Positions 40,564-50,197 of a stretch of DNA of 64,000 bases are shown here, one piece after another. The translations under genes and the position numbers were made by a program. The stretch covers positions 106,594-170,593 of the forward strand of contig DASYZL010000006.1 in NCBI GenBank assembly GCA_035946335.1. The letters are read 5' to 3'. The notes under the pieces were generated by a model. That model was given only the letters and a program-made list of their open reading frames with translations, made no database searches and had not been told where the DNA came from. The stretch is from Patescibacteria group bacterium (lineage in GTDB: Bacteria > Patescibacteriota > Microgenomatia > Levybacterales > UBA12049). The stretch's first letter is position 1, and every line of letters starts with the position of its first letter.

Positions 40564-41832
40564 ATGCTGCAACATATAAAGCATTTTCTCTACTTTCCTG
40601 TCGCTTCATATTTTCGCTTTTTTGCTTCGATACAACTACATAGATGGCATCCAACTGTTATTGTGGCAACCGGCTCGAGCGGGAAGACAACCTTATTGCA
40701 CCTTATTGAAGCACAGCTTGGACACAAAGCACGGTATTCACATCATGCAAATAGTATCTACGGCATTCCATTTGACATCCTTGGTTTATCGAGAAAATCC
40801 CTCACACGGATTGAATGGCTGTATTTGTTTTTTGCCACGCCATTTAGAGCTTTTCGAAAACCGTACAGGGAACCGTTATATGTTGTGGAAGCAGACGCTG
40901 ATAGGCCGAATGAGGCAAAATTGCTTGCATATTTTCTCAAACCGGCAGTAACACTTTGGACAGGTGTGAGCAAAACGCATACCATGAACTTCGACGCATT
41001 GGTAGAAGCAAAAAAGTTTTTGTCGGTTGAGGACGCTATCGGATACGAATTTGGATATTTTGCACAAACGACAAAGGACGTGGTAATTGCAAACGGCGAA
41101 AATATACAGGTTCTTAATGAAATCAAAAGAACGCGTGCCCAAAAAATCTTCACAACAAAACATGACCTAAAGCAATATCAACTTACGAAACGAACAACGA
41201 CATTCCGCATAAAAGAGCAAACGTTTGTTTTGCCCTTTTTGCTTCCCGAGGAAACATATATGTCTTTGGCGATGGTTAGAGAACTTTTGCTCCTTCTCAA
41301 CCTACCACTTGATCCATCTTTTCGCCTCCTGACTCTACCTCCAGGGCGCAGTTCTGTTTTTGCAGGCATCAAACAAACAACCATTATTGATTCCTCATAT
41401 AACGCAACCCCTGAAGGGACAAAAACAATACTTTCACTCTACACAAAATACCCTGCAAAAGAAAAATGGGCAGTATTAGGAGACATGATAGAACTAGGGG
41501 GTGAGGAGAAAGAAGAACATGAAAAGCTTGCAGAAGAAATCGCAAAGGGAAATTTTGATAAAATCATTCTCGTTGGTACTCGCGTTACAACCTACACATA
41601 CCCTGTTTTGCATGCTTTGCAACCTGTGTTACCAGTTGTAACATTTGAACAGCCAAAAGATGTACTTGTTTTTTTGCTGCAAGAAATAAAGGGAAATGAG
41701 ACAATACTCTTTAAAGGCGCACGGTTTTTAGAAGGAATTATTGAGCACCTGCTTATCGATAAAAGGGATTTTGCAAACTTGTGTCGTAGAGAAAAGATAT
41801 GGCACATACGAAGAAAACAATGGAGATTATAA
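40564..41832 (+). CDS. murF: MurF-like Mur ligase (UDP-MurNAc-peptide ligase)
   Basis: TGSSGKTT P-loop, PGR, IIDSSYNATP, AVLGDMIELG and LFKGAR motifs. Confidence 0.82.
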   Translation: MLQHIKHFLYFPVASYFRFFASIQLHRWHPTVIVATGSSGKTTLLHLIEAQLGHKARYSHHANSIYGIPFDILGLSRKSLTRIEWLYLFFATPFRAFRKPYREPLYVVEADADRPNEAKLLAYFLKPAVTLWTGVSKTHTMNFDALVEAKKFLSVEDAIGYEFGYFAQTTKDVVIANGENIQVLNEIKRTRAQKIFTTKHDLKQYQLTKRTTTFRIKEQTFVLPFLLPEETYMSLAMVRELLLLLNLPLDPSFRLLTLPPGRSSVFAGIKQTTIIDSSYNATPEGTKTILSLYTKYPAKEKWAVLGDMIELGGEEKEEHEKLAEEIAKGNFDKIILVGTRVTTYTYPVLHALQPVLPVVTFEQPKDVLVFLLQEIKGNETILFKGARFLEGIIEHLLIDKRDFANLCRREKIWHIRRKQWRL

Positions 41833-41861
41833 ACACAGTATAATATATTGATTAATCACCT

Positions 41862-42560
41862 ATGAAAAAAATATTTTTACTTCACGGTTGGACATATTCT
41901 CTGGAAAAATGGCAGAATTGTATATCGCGATTACAAAAGGCAGGATATGACATTATTGCGCTACGCGTTCCTGGACTTACGACCACAATTGACAAAGCAT
42001 GGGAACTCAATGATTATGTTTCCTGGTTGCATGCTATTCTAGCAAAAGAAAAAGGAAAACCAATCCTTATCGCACACTCCAATGGCGGACGTATTGCTAT
42101 TGCATTTGCGGCACAATATCCCCATATGGTAGAAAAGCTTATTTTAATTGACAGCGCAGGTATTTATCATAAGGAAATTCCAATTCTGATAAAACGATTT
42201 GTCTTTAGTAAGCTTGCCCGTGCAGGAAAGCTACTTACCTCTTCCAAAGAAATACAGCACATATTCTATAAACTTGTCGGAGAACATGATTATCTAAACG
42301 CCCCATCATTGTCTGTACGCCAAACTCTACGTAACCTAATTGCAATTGACTGCACACCATATCTGACCCGGCTGAGAATACCAACACTTATCATTTGGGG
42401 AGAAAAAGATACTATTACGCCACTTCGTGATGGGGAACTTATGAAAAGTTTGATACAACAGTCTAAACTTGTTATCGTGAAGAACTCACGACACGCTCCG
42501 TACCATACACATACACAAGAAGTTGTTGATGTGATTGTGAAAGAACTGCAGCATATATGA
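41862..42560 (+). CDS. Alpha/beta hydrolase
   Basis: LHGW, AHSNGG nucleophile elbow, IIWGEKD and RHAP. Confidence 0.93.
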   Translation: MKKIFLLHGWTYSLEKWQNCISRLQKAGYDIIALRVPGLTTTIDKAWELNDYVSWLHAILAKEKGKPILIAHSNGGRIAIAFAAQYPHMVEKLILIDSAGIYHKEIPILIKRFVFSKLARAGKLLTSSKEIQHIFYKLVGEHDYLNAPSLSVRQTLRNLIAIDCTPYLTRLRIPTLIIWGEKDTITPLRDGELMKSLIQQSKLVIVKNSRHAPYHTHTQEVVDVIVKELQHI

Positions 42561-43732
42561 GTATTTTTAACTCGCTCGGATCAAATTATGATTTTCGTTC
42601 TGCATTACAAACGCTTTTTCAAAGAAAAGATTTTTCTGCAAAACTCACTACACTTCTTGAGAAAGAATACAACGGGAAAGCTGTACTCGTCTACAAAGGG
42701 AGAGAAGCGATACTCCTATCACTGCAATTACTACAGATGCCAAAGGGTACACAGGTTGCAATCAATGGTTTTACCTGTTTCGCAGTATATAACGCTGTGA
42801 CAAACGCCGGTTATTCACCGGTTCTGTTGGATATTGAAAAAACATTGTTGCATTTTTCTGCTGAGATACTGGAAAAAGCAATAAAACAATTCCCGTCTCT
42901 CAAAGTAGTTATCATCCAAAATACACTCGGGATTGCATGTGACATAGAAAAAATTGCTGCGGTTTGCACAAAACATAACCTTATCCTCATAGAGGATCTA
43001 GCACATAGTGTCGGACTATACTATGCAAACAGGAAAGAAGCGGGGACAATTGGCGATTTTGTTACCCTGTCATTTAGTCAGGATAAAATGATTGACGCAG
43101 TTTCGGGAGGAGCCTTGGTTATCAGGAATAAAACATACCATACGCTTCCACATGTTCCTTTTAAGAAAGTGCCGAGTTCTCAACAGTTGAAGGACAGATG
43201 GTATCCGTTCCTAACCTATTGCATAAGAAAAAGTTATGATCTGCGCATTGGAAAACTCTTACACAGCTTCTTGAGACAGCTTTCTGTACTCTCACAACCG
43301 GTTGGTAACCCGACAGATACTATCCATGCGCTCCCTCGGTGGTACTGCAAACCTATTTATCACGGTTTTCAAAGCCTTGCCCAAAACATCAATCACCGAA
43401 AGGCGGTTGCAGGAGTATATGAGCAAATTGACAAAAAAAGTATCGGAAAGAGAGAAATAAAAAGTATTTTTTTGAGATTTCCCTTTTTTGTTGATAACCG
43501 TTCTTCACTTATTTCATATCTCAAAAAACATCATGTTTACATTGCTGACATTTGGTATGACAGTCCGATTAGTCCAAAACAATACATACAATATACAAAC
43601 TATCATGGTGAATGTCCGAATGCAGAAAACATTGCAAAAACGATCATCAACTTGCCAACACACCGGAATGTAAACGCAAGAGATGCACGTGTGATTACAG
43701 AAAGGATTACCACATGGCTACAGTCAGCATAA
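42557..43732 (+). CDS. DegT/DnrJ/EryC1/StrS PLP-dependent aminotransferase
   Basis: IEDLAHS, SFSQDKM (PLP Lys), GGAL and INLPTH motifs. Confidence 0.9.
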   Translation: MSIFNSLGSNYDFRSALQTLFQRKDFSAKLTTLLEKEYNGKAVLVYKGREAILLSLQLLQMPKGTQVAINGFTCFAVYNAVTNAGYSPVLLDIEKTLLHFSAEILEKAIKQFPSLKVVIIQNTLGIACDIEKIAAVCTKHNLILIEDLAHSVGLYYANRKEAGTIGDFVTLSFSQDKMIDAVSGGALVIRNKTYHTLPHVPFKKVPSSQQLKDRWYPFLTYCIRKSYDLRIGKLLHSFLRQLSVLSQPVGNPTDTIHALPRWYCKPIYHGFQSLAQNINHRKAVAGVYEQIDKKSIGKREIKSIFLRFPFFVDNRSSLISYLKKHHVYIADIWYDSPISPKQYIQYTNYHGECPNAENIAKTIINLPTHRNVNARDARVITERITTWLQSA

Positions 43733-44739
43733 AAGGAGTTACCGATAAAAATGTCTGGGAACAGTTTGTTGCTCACTATGAGGGCGCAAATTTTTTGCAA
43801 TCGTGGTACTGGGGAGATTTCCACACAGCACTGAATAAAAAGATTGCCAGGACAGGCTTTTACAAAGGTGGAACGCTAACTGGAGTCATGTTAAGTGTTG
43901 TCGAGAAAGCAAAACGCGCAACGTATCTGACTGTTCCCGCAGGACCATTGATTGATTGGAATGACAAAAAGACCATTGAGAAATTTGTTGCGGAAATAAA
44001 GCGGATTGCGGGAAGAGAAAAATGTTCTTTTGTCAGGGTACGTCCACAATTATTATTAGACGATTTCTCAAAAAACCTTTTTTCTGGACTTGGATTCCGT
44101 CCTTCACCTATACACCTTACCGCAGAATTAACATCTCAATTAACTCTTTCACCTTCAGAAGAAACTCTTCTTGCAAACATGCGAAAAGGAACACGGTATG
44201 AAATTAACAAAGCAAAGAAAATTGGCATACATATTCAGACAACAAACGAACCGTCTGCGATACAAGGATTCTACGAACTGCAATTACAAACAGCAAAGCG
44301 GCAGAACTTTGTTCCATTCTCATATGCCTTTTTACATGAACAGTTTACTATATTTGCGGAAGCGAAAAAAGCCTTATTATATAGTGCATACATGGAAAAA
44401 GATCTCTTAGCCCAGGCATTTATTATTTTTTATGGCGAAGAAGCGGCATATCATTATGGTGCAAGCACTGATTTGGGGAGAAAATATCCTGGCGTATATC
44501 TCATCCAATGGGAAGCAATAAAAGAAGCGAAAAAACGCGGGTTGAAACGATATAATTTCTGGGGTGTTGCGCCGGAAAAAGAGATAAACCACCGCTTTGC
44601 AGGAGTTTCACTATTTAAAAGGGGTTTTGGGGGCAGTGACATTGAATATTTACATGCACAGGATTTTATTATTAATGCTCCAAAGTATGCGGTAAATTAT
44701 ATTATTGAAAAATGGCGCAAGCACTACCGAAGAGTATAA
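43714..44739 (+). CDS. FemX/FemAB-family tRNA-dependent aminoacyltransferase
   Basis: NFLQSWYWG, GP, MRKGTRYEINKA, YHYGAS, QWEAI..AK, YNFWG and FKRGFGG motifs. Confidence 0.92.
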   Translation: MATVSIKGVTDKNVWEQFVAHYEGANFLQSWYWGDFHTALNKKIARTGFYKGGTLTGVMLSVVEKAKRATYLTVPAGPLIDWNDKKTIEKFVAEIKRIAGREKCSFVRVRPQLLLDDFSKNLFSGLGFRPSPIHLTAELTSQLTLSPSEETLLANMRKGTRYEINKAKKIGIHIQTTNEPSAIQGFYELQLQTAKRQNFVPFSYAFLHEQFTIFAEAKKALLYSAYMEKDLLAQAFIIFYGEEAAYHYGASTDLGRKYPGVYLIQWEAIKEAKKRGLKRYNFWGVAPEKEINHRFAGVSLFKRGFGGSDIEYLHAQDFIINAPKYAVNYIIEKWRKHYRRV

Positions 44740-44741
44740 CC

Positions 44742-45050
44742 TCACATCTTTATTTCAATATCTACGCCGGCAGGAAGCTCTAAATGACCAAGACTATCCA
44801 TTGTTTTTTCTGTTGGAGAAACGATGTCAATAAGTCTTTTGTGGACACGGATTTCAAAATGGTCACGGGCATTTTTATAAATGAATGGAGAAGCCTGCAC
44901 TGCATAAACCGTTCGGTCGGTCGGAAGTGGTACTGGTCCGACAACTTTTGCACCAGTCCGGATTGCAGTATCCAGAATCTGCTGACAACACGCGTCAATA
45001 ACGCGTGCATCATATGCTTTGAGTCGTACTCGTATTCTTCCTTTTGGCAT
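44742..45050 (-). CDS. rpsJ: 30S ribosomal protein S10
   Basis: IRVRLKAYD, GPVPLPT, HKRLIDI and LPAGVDIEIK motifs. Confidence 0.98.
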   Translation of the reverse strand: MPKGRIRVRLKAYDARVIDACCQQILDTAIRTGAKVVGPVPLPTDRTVYAVQASPFIYKNARDHFEIRVHKRLIDIVSPTEKTMDSLGHLELPAGVDIEIKM

Positions 45051-45183
45051 AGGCTTTCAAAGAACAAATTTCTTCGTGGTGTGATTATACAATAGAAAGA
45101 AATGCTTGTCCAGCAAAACTTTTCTTGACAGATCCTGCTTTTTCTGACTATTATCAAAGAGGGGACAAAAAGGAGGTGAACGT

Positions 45184-45582
45184 ATGGCACGAAAAACAGT
45201 CGCAACAATAACACGAAAAACGATGATCATTGTCACTGTTATTACACTTTTTGTTGGTGCACTTTTTGGGTATGAAATCGGAAAAGCAAAATATATTGCA
45301 AAAATGGCCTTGGTACAAGGAGGACTCATGCAGCAACTGGAAGATGTAAAATTACAAGTTCAGGCTGTCAGAATGCAAAGCGGATTTATCATGAAGGGCA
45401 ACAGTATGTATGTTATTAATGCCGGACAAATGATGCTTATGGATAAGAATATGACCCTAAAAGATGGGACAGAAGTAACAACAACAGGGCAAGTAATGAT
45501 GAAAGACGGCACGACACTATTGATGCAAAATGATCAGGCTCTTACAGCAGACGATAAACTGATAAACGTATCGATGGACTAA
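45184..45582 (+). CDS. Met-rich membrane-anchored protein (DUF6799-like C-terminal domain)
   Basis: Perfect SD AAGGAGGTGA, a TM helix and the repeat MTLKDGTEV..TGQVMMKDGT; 15 of 132 residues are Met. Confidence 0.8.
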   Translation: MARKTVATITRKTMIIVTVITLFVGALFGYEIGKAKYIAKMALVQGGLMQQLEDVKLQVQAVRMQSGFIMKGNSMYVINAGQMMLMDKNMTLKDGTEVTTTGQVMMKDGTTLLMQNDQALTADDKLINVSMD

Positions 45583-45588
45583 CTTTTT

Positions 45589-46137
45589 ATGGCGGAAGAA
45601 ATAGCAACGCTTGCAGGTGGCTGTTTTTGGTGTACTGAGGCAATCTTTAAACGGCTTAAAGGAATCATATCAGTGATCCCTGGATATGCAGGGGGAACGA
45701 AAGAGAATCCTTCTTATGATGAAGTTTCTTCAGGGAAAACAGGATATGCTGAGGCAACTCAATTACATTTTGACCCATCGATTATCCCCTATGAAAAAAT
45801 ATTAGACGTATTTTGGCACACACACAATCCAACAACGCTTAATCAGCAAGGCAATGATATTGGTACCCAGTACCGATCTGTTATTTTTTTCCATAATAAA
45901 CAGCAGAAAGAGATTGCAGAAAGATCAAAAAAAGGTATTGAAAAGTCAGGATTGTATAAAGACCAGATTGTTACCGACATACTGCCCTTTACCACATTTT
46001 ATTCCGCAGAATCATATCATAAAGACTATTACGATCGAAATCGTGATTACCCCTATTGTACTTACGTCATTGACCCGAAAATTCAAAAACTTATGGAAGA
46101 ATTCGGAAAAGATGTTAAAGATGAGTATAAGTCGTAA
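45589..46137 (+). CDS. msrA: Peptide-methionine (S)-S-oxide reductase MsrA
   Basis: GGCFWCTE, GYAGG, QGNDIGTQYRS and AESYHKDY motifs. Confidence 0.97.
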   Translation: MAEEIATLAGGCFWCTEAIFKRLKGIISVIPGYAGGTKENPSYDEVSSGKTGYAEATQLHFDPSIIPYEKILDVFWHTHNPTTLNQQGNDIGTQYRSVIFFHNKQQKEIAERSKKGIEKSGLYKDQIVTDILPFTTFYSAESYHKDYYDRNRDYPYCTYVIDPKIQKLMEEFGKDVKDEYKS

Positions 46138-46197
46138 AGTATTTTTTTCTTCAAACTATTCTACGAATTAGTTGATGCGTTTTTCCTTTTTACAACT

Positions 46198-46680
46198 TTA
46201 TTCTATTGCTTTTACCAGAGTCAAGTCATAATCAAGAAATCCTAAAGTATGATATAGCGCAATAGCTTTTGAGTTGGCATAGTAAGCAGAAACTCCGATA
46301 CGGTTACATGTTTCTTTTCTGAATGTTGCTATCAATGCACGATACAAAGCATTTCCAACTCCTTTTCTCCTTTGTTCTTTAAGGACAAACCAATCCTCAA
46401 TAAATCCCTCTTTATCCAAAATTCTGTATGATTTTTCTTTAATATCGCCGCAAATATAACCAACGAGTTTTCCGTCAAGCTCTGCAACAAAAGTAAAATA
46501 TTGGGGATCTTCGATAAATTTTTTAGCAAACTCGGCAAGCGTTTTCTCTTTATCTTTTGATTGTATAAAAGGCATAAGAGTTTTTGGAAAAATTTCTTCT
46601 TGATCATAGTATAAAGCAAATTGTTGTATGAGAAAGAGCAATTGCTGTTTATCTTTCTTTATTGCTTTACGAATTAACAT
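46198..46680 (-). CDS. GNAT family N-acetyltransferase
   Basis: FVAE..GKLVGY, FV....RRKGVG and N..AIALYHTLGF motifs. Confidence 0.9.
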   Translation of the reverse strand: MLIRKAIKKDKQQLLFLIQQFALYYDQEEIFPKTLMPFIQSKDKEKTLAEFAKKFIEDPQYFTFVAELDGKLVGYICGDIKEKSYRILDKEGFIEDWFVLKEQRRKGVGNALYRALIATFRKETCNRIGVSAYYANSKAIALYHTLGFLDYDLTLVKAIE

Positions 46681-46702
46681 AAAACCATTATAGCAAACGC
46701 AT

Positions 46703-46725
46703 AAAAAAATCCGCATGAAGCGGAT
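46703..46725 (-). terminator. Intrinsic terminator after tuf
   Basis: Minus strand reads ATCCGC-TTCAT-GCGGAT followed by TTTTTT. Confidence 0.8.
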
Positions 46726-46748
46726 GAAAAGGTCTGTAAATAACAAAT

Positions 46749-47945
46749 TTACTTAATAATCTTTGTGATAACGCCTGCACCAACTGTTTTACCGCCTTCG
46801 CGGATAGCAAAACGGACGCCTTCTTCAAGAGCAACTGGTACAATCAGTTGGACTGTCATTTTTGTATTATCTCCCGGCATTACCATTTCTGTTCCTGTTG
46901 GAAGAGTTACGCTACCTGTTACATCGGTTGTACGAATGTAAAATTGCGGCCGGTAACCGGTGAAAAACGGTGTATGTCGTCCACCCTCTTCTTTTGCAAG
47001 AATATATACTTCTGCTTCAAATTCTGTGTGTGGCGTAATGGAACCTGGTTTAACAATAACCTGTCCACGCTCAACGTCATCTTTTTCAATGCCACGAAGG
47101 AGCAGTCCAACATTGTCTCCTGCTTGACCTTCATCGAGTTGTTTTCTAAACATTTCAACACCGGTGACAACTGATTGTACTGTGGGACGAATACCGACTA
47201 ACTCAACTGCCTCATTTACCTTAACAATTCCTCGCTCAATTCTTCCGGTAACAACTGTTCCTCGTCCTTTAATAGAAAAGACATCCTCAACTGGCATCAA
47301 GAATGGTTTGTCTGTATCACGAACCGGATCAGGGATGTAGTTATCAACTGCGTCCATAAGGTCAAGAATTTTCTGCTCTGCATCTTTATCGCCTTCGAGC
47401 GCTTTCAAAGAAGAACCACGGATTACCGGCACATCATTTCCTGGATATTGATATTTTGTTAACAGTTCACGAACTTCCATTTCTACCAAATCAAGCAGTT
47501 CCGGATCTTGCACCATGTCACATTTATTCATGTAGACAACAATTGCTGGTACACCAACTTGCCGAGCGAGAAGAATGTGTTCGCGAGTTTGCGGCATTGG
47601 ACCGTCTGGCGCTGAAACAACAAGAATTGCTCCATCCATTTGTGCTGCACCAGTAATCATGTTTTTAATGTAATCAGCGTGGCCAGGAGCATCAATATGG
47701 GCATAATGTCGTTTTGCTGTTTCGTATTCGATGTGGGTAATGTTGATCGTAACGCCTCGGGCTCTTTCTTCCGGGGCATTATCAATGTCTTCGTATTTTT
47801 TCGCTTCTGCTTTTGTTCCCTTTTCTGAAGCATATTTTGCCAAAACAGTTGCAATTGCTGCAGTGGTAGTTGTTTTTCCGTGATCAACGTGACCAATCGT
47901 TCCAATATTAACGTGGGGTTTGTTTCGTACGTATTTATCTGCCAT
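46749..47945 (-). CDS. tuf: Elongation factor Tu
   Basis: [21 protein letters not shown] and FAIREGG motifs. Confidence 0.99.
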   Translation of the reverse strand: MADKYVRNKPHVNIGTIGHVDHGKTTTTAAIATVLAKYASEKGTKAEAKKYEDIDNAPEERARGVTINITHIEYETAKRHYAHIDAPGHADYIKNMITGAAQMDGAILVVSAPDGPMPQTREHILLARQVGVPAIVVYMNKCDMVQDPELLDLVEMEVRELLTKYQYPGNDVPVIRGSSLKALEGDKDAEQKILDLMDAVDNYIPDPVRDTDKPFLMPVEDVFSIKGRGTVVTGRIERGIVKVNEAVELVGIRPTVQSVVTGVEMFRKQLDEGQAGDNVGLLLRGIEKDDVERGQVIVKPGSITPHTEFEAEVYILAKEEGGRHTPFFTGYRPQFYIRTTDVTGSVTLPTGTEMVMPGDNTKMTVQLIVPVALEEGVRFAIREGGKTVGAGVITKIIK

Positions 47946-47985
47946 AGATTAAAAAAAGATCTCAACTCTTTGTGAGACTGGATGC

Positions 47986-48014
47986 ATCATACATCATTTC
48001 TTTTTTTCCGTCAA
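47986..48014 (-). promoter_or_regulatory. Dedicated tuf promoter
   Basis: TTGACG-17 nt-TATGAT, 40 nt upstream of the ATG. Confidence 0.75.
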
Positions 48015-48054
48015 CACCCAAAATGAAAAAAATATATGGTATGATGAGTTGTTT

Positions 48055-48918
48055 ATGCAACTCCTTACAACTTCCGGATGGAAAGATTATGAACTCATCG
48101 ATTCCGGAAATGAAATGCGTTATGAACGCTTTGGCCCATACAAGACTGTTCGACCTGACCCGCAGGCAATCTGGCAACCCTCACTCAAGGATTGGAGCGA
48201 TGCAGATGTGCAGTTTATAAGCACAGGTGCAGGCAAAGGAATATGGCAATTTAAACGGCATTTACCGGAAAAATGGCTCATGCACTGGCGTCACCTTGCC
48301 TTTTGGACACGACTGACATCTTTTAAACACACCGGGGTATTTCCTGAACAAAATATACAGTGGGAATATATTGAGAAGAAAATAAAACAGTTTCGATCCG
48401 CACCAACTATCCTCAATCTTTTTGGATACACCGGTATTGCAAGCTTAGTTGCAGCGGCGGGAGGAGCACATGTTACGCATATTGATGCATCAAAACCTTC
48501 TCTTAGCTGGGCGAAGGAAAACCAAGTAGTTGCAAAATTACAAGACAAACCAATGCGTTTCATGCTAGATGACGCTGTAAAATTTGTTGAGCGGGAAATC
48601 CGGCGGGGCAACACATATAACGGTATACTCCTTGATCCACCTGTATATGGACATGGTCCTGCGGGACAAATCTGGAAGTTTAGTGAAGATTTTCCTCGCC
48701 TGTTACGTTTGTGCAATCAGCTACTTGCTAAACAACCACTTTTTGTTATTGTCAATGCGTATGCAATTTCTTCTTCAAGTCTGATGCTGGAAAATGTCAT
48801 GCATGATACTTTACCTAAGGGAAACATTATCGTAGGAGAGTTAGCGCTGCAGGAATCATCGTCCAAACGCCTCCTTTCAACTGGTATTTTTGGCAGATGG
48901 GAAGGTTTACTTCCGTAA
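48055..48918 (+). CDS. Class I SAM-dependent methyltransferase (RlmI/RlmK-like family)
   Basis: DYELIDSG, RPDPQAIW, FKHTGVFPEQ, LNLFGYTG and LDPP motifs. Confidence 0.9.
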   Translation: MQLLTTSGWKDYELIDSGNEMRYERFGPYKTVRPDPQAIWQPSLKDWSDADVQFISTGAGKGIWQFKRHLPEKWLMHWRHLAFWTRLTSFKHTGVFPEQNIQWEYIEKKIKQFRSAPTILNLFGYTGIASLVAAAGGAHVTHIDASKPSLSWAKENQVVAKLQDKPMRFMLDDAVKFVEREIRRGNTYNGILLDPPVYGHGPAGQIWKFSEDFPRLLRLCNQLLAKQPLFVIVNAYAISSSSLMLENVMHDTLPKGNIIVGELALQESSSKRLLSTGIFGRWEGLLP

Positions 48919-49377
48919 GCAGCTTTGTATATCACTCATTAGTTGTGGCGGAATATTTGTTGCAGAGGTTATACGAGCAAGATCCTGCGGTTTGTATTGC
49001 GTTATAACCTTCTGGAGAATGCAATTACATGCAGCCGCTTGAGATCCCAGTACTGTTTTGCAGGTCAGTGCAAATTGCTGTACGAGTTGTGGAGTAAACT
49101 GCCCAATTGCCGATACCGACGCTGCTGATTGTTGCATCGATTGCTTGAGGGGGATGGGGGATGGAGAAAGCGGGAGTACAACAGTTTTTGGAATGGCATT
49201 TTGATATATTGCGATAAGAAAGAAGGCAACTGCACCAATACACAAAAGTGCAATACCTGCAGTCAAAAAAACAGCCGGCTTATTACTGTCTGTTGTGTGG
49301 ATGGAGCGTAAACTGGTAAATGTGAGAAAAAAACCAATACCAACAAAAAGCAGCATGAGTAACGCAAAAAGATTCAT
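48907..49377 (-). CDS. Hypothetical membrane protein (2 TM, Pro-rich linker, 4-Cys C-terminal domain)
   Basis: Clean ORF. TTGACA...GATAAT lies 6 nt before the ATG; pattern C..ACNC..C. Confidence 0.75.
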   Translation of the reverse strand: MNLFALLMLLFVGIGFFLTFTSLRSIHTTDSNKPAVFLTAGIALLCIGAVAFFLIAIYQNAIPKTVVLPLSPSPIPLKQSMQQSAASVSAIGQFTPQLVQQFALTCKTVLGSQAAACNCILQKVITQYKPQDLARITSATNIPPQLMSDIQSCLRK

Positions 49378-49417
49378 ATATTCATTATCATGCCTTTAAG
49401 CAAACCTTGTCAAGAAA

Positions 49418-50077
49418 TCACTGGACCATCACCTGCAGCATTTTATCACCAACCTGAATCTTTTTTACGACATCCATCCCCTGTATTACTTTTCCAAAAA
49501 TAGTATACGCGTGCGGAAGATTTGGGTTATCAGCAAGCATAATAAAAAATTGGCTGCTATTTGTATTCGGGCCGCGATTCGCCATTGCAACAATACCTTC
49601 AAGATACCCTCTCTGGTAACTTGACGCACTTGCATTCAATTCATCATCAAACGTTGGTCCATAAATTGATTCTCCCCCTGTCCCATTACCGTTCGGATCC
49701 CCACCCTGAATGACAAATCCCGGAACAACGCGATGGAATATTAATCCATTATAGTATCCTGCTTTTGCGAGTGTTGCAAAATTTATGACGGTTTTTGGTG
49801 CGTCATTCGGATACAGTTGGATAACAATATCACCCTTTGCTGTATGTATAGTTGCTGCATTTGCACTGATCCGTGGCAAAGTCGTTAAATCAACCGGTGT
49901 AGAGGTAGGAATTGGCGAGGTAGCACTGGTGGGAGTTGCTTGAGAAGTTGTTTGTGGTTGTGAAAGTATATTGGTGTTCTGATCAAGCGGGGAAGTTTTG
50001 GAATTATGAGCGAAAAGTGCAATTGCAGTAAAAATTCCTGCAAGAATAATCATAGAAATGATAAGCACCTTTACCAT
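49418..50077 (-). CDS. Membrane-anchored cyclophilin-type peptidyl-prolyl isomerase
   Basis: APKTV.NF, FHRVVPGFVIQGGDP, AMANRGPNTNSSQFFI and FGKV motifs. Confidence 0.95.
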   Translation of the reverse strand: MVKVLIISMIILAGIFTAIALFAHNSKTSPLDQNTNILSQPQTTSQATPTSATSPIPTSTPVDLTTLPRISANAATIHTAKGDIVIQLYPNDAPKTVINFATLAKAGYYNGLIFHRVVPGFVIQGGDPNGNGTGGESIYGPTFDDELNASASSYQRGYLEGIVAMANRGPNTNSSQFFIMLADNPNLPHAYTIFGKVIQGMDVVKKIQVGDKMLQVMVQ

Positions 50078-50197
50078 GAGGATTATTGTAGCAGAGAAAC
50101 ATGAGATTGCAACTCACACATGCATTGATAGAGACTAGAATACGGTAAGAAATTATGGTATACTCTGCTTATTCCCAAAGGGGAATTTTTCTTTGCT

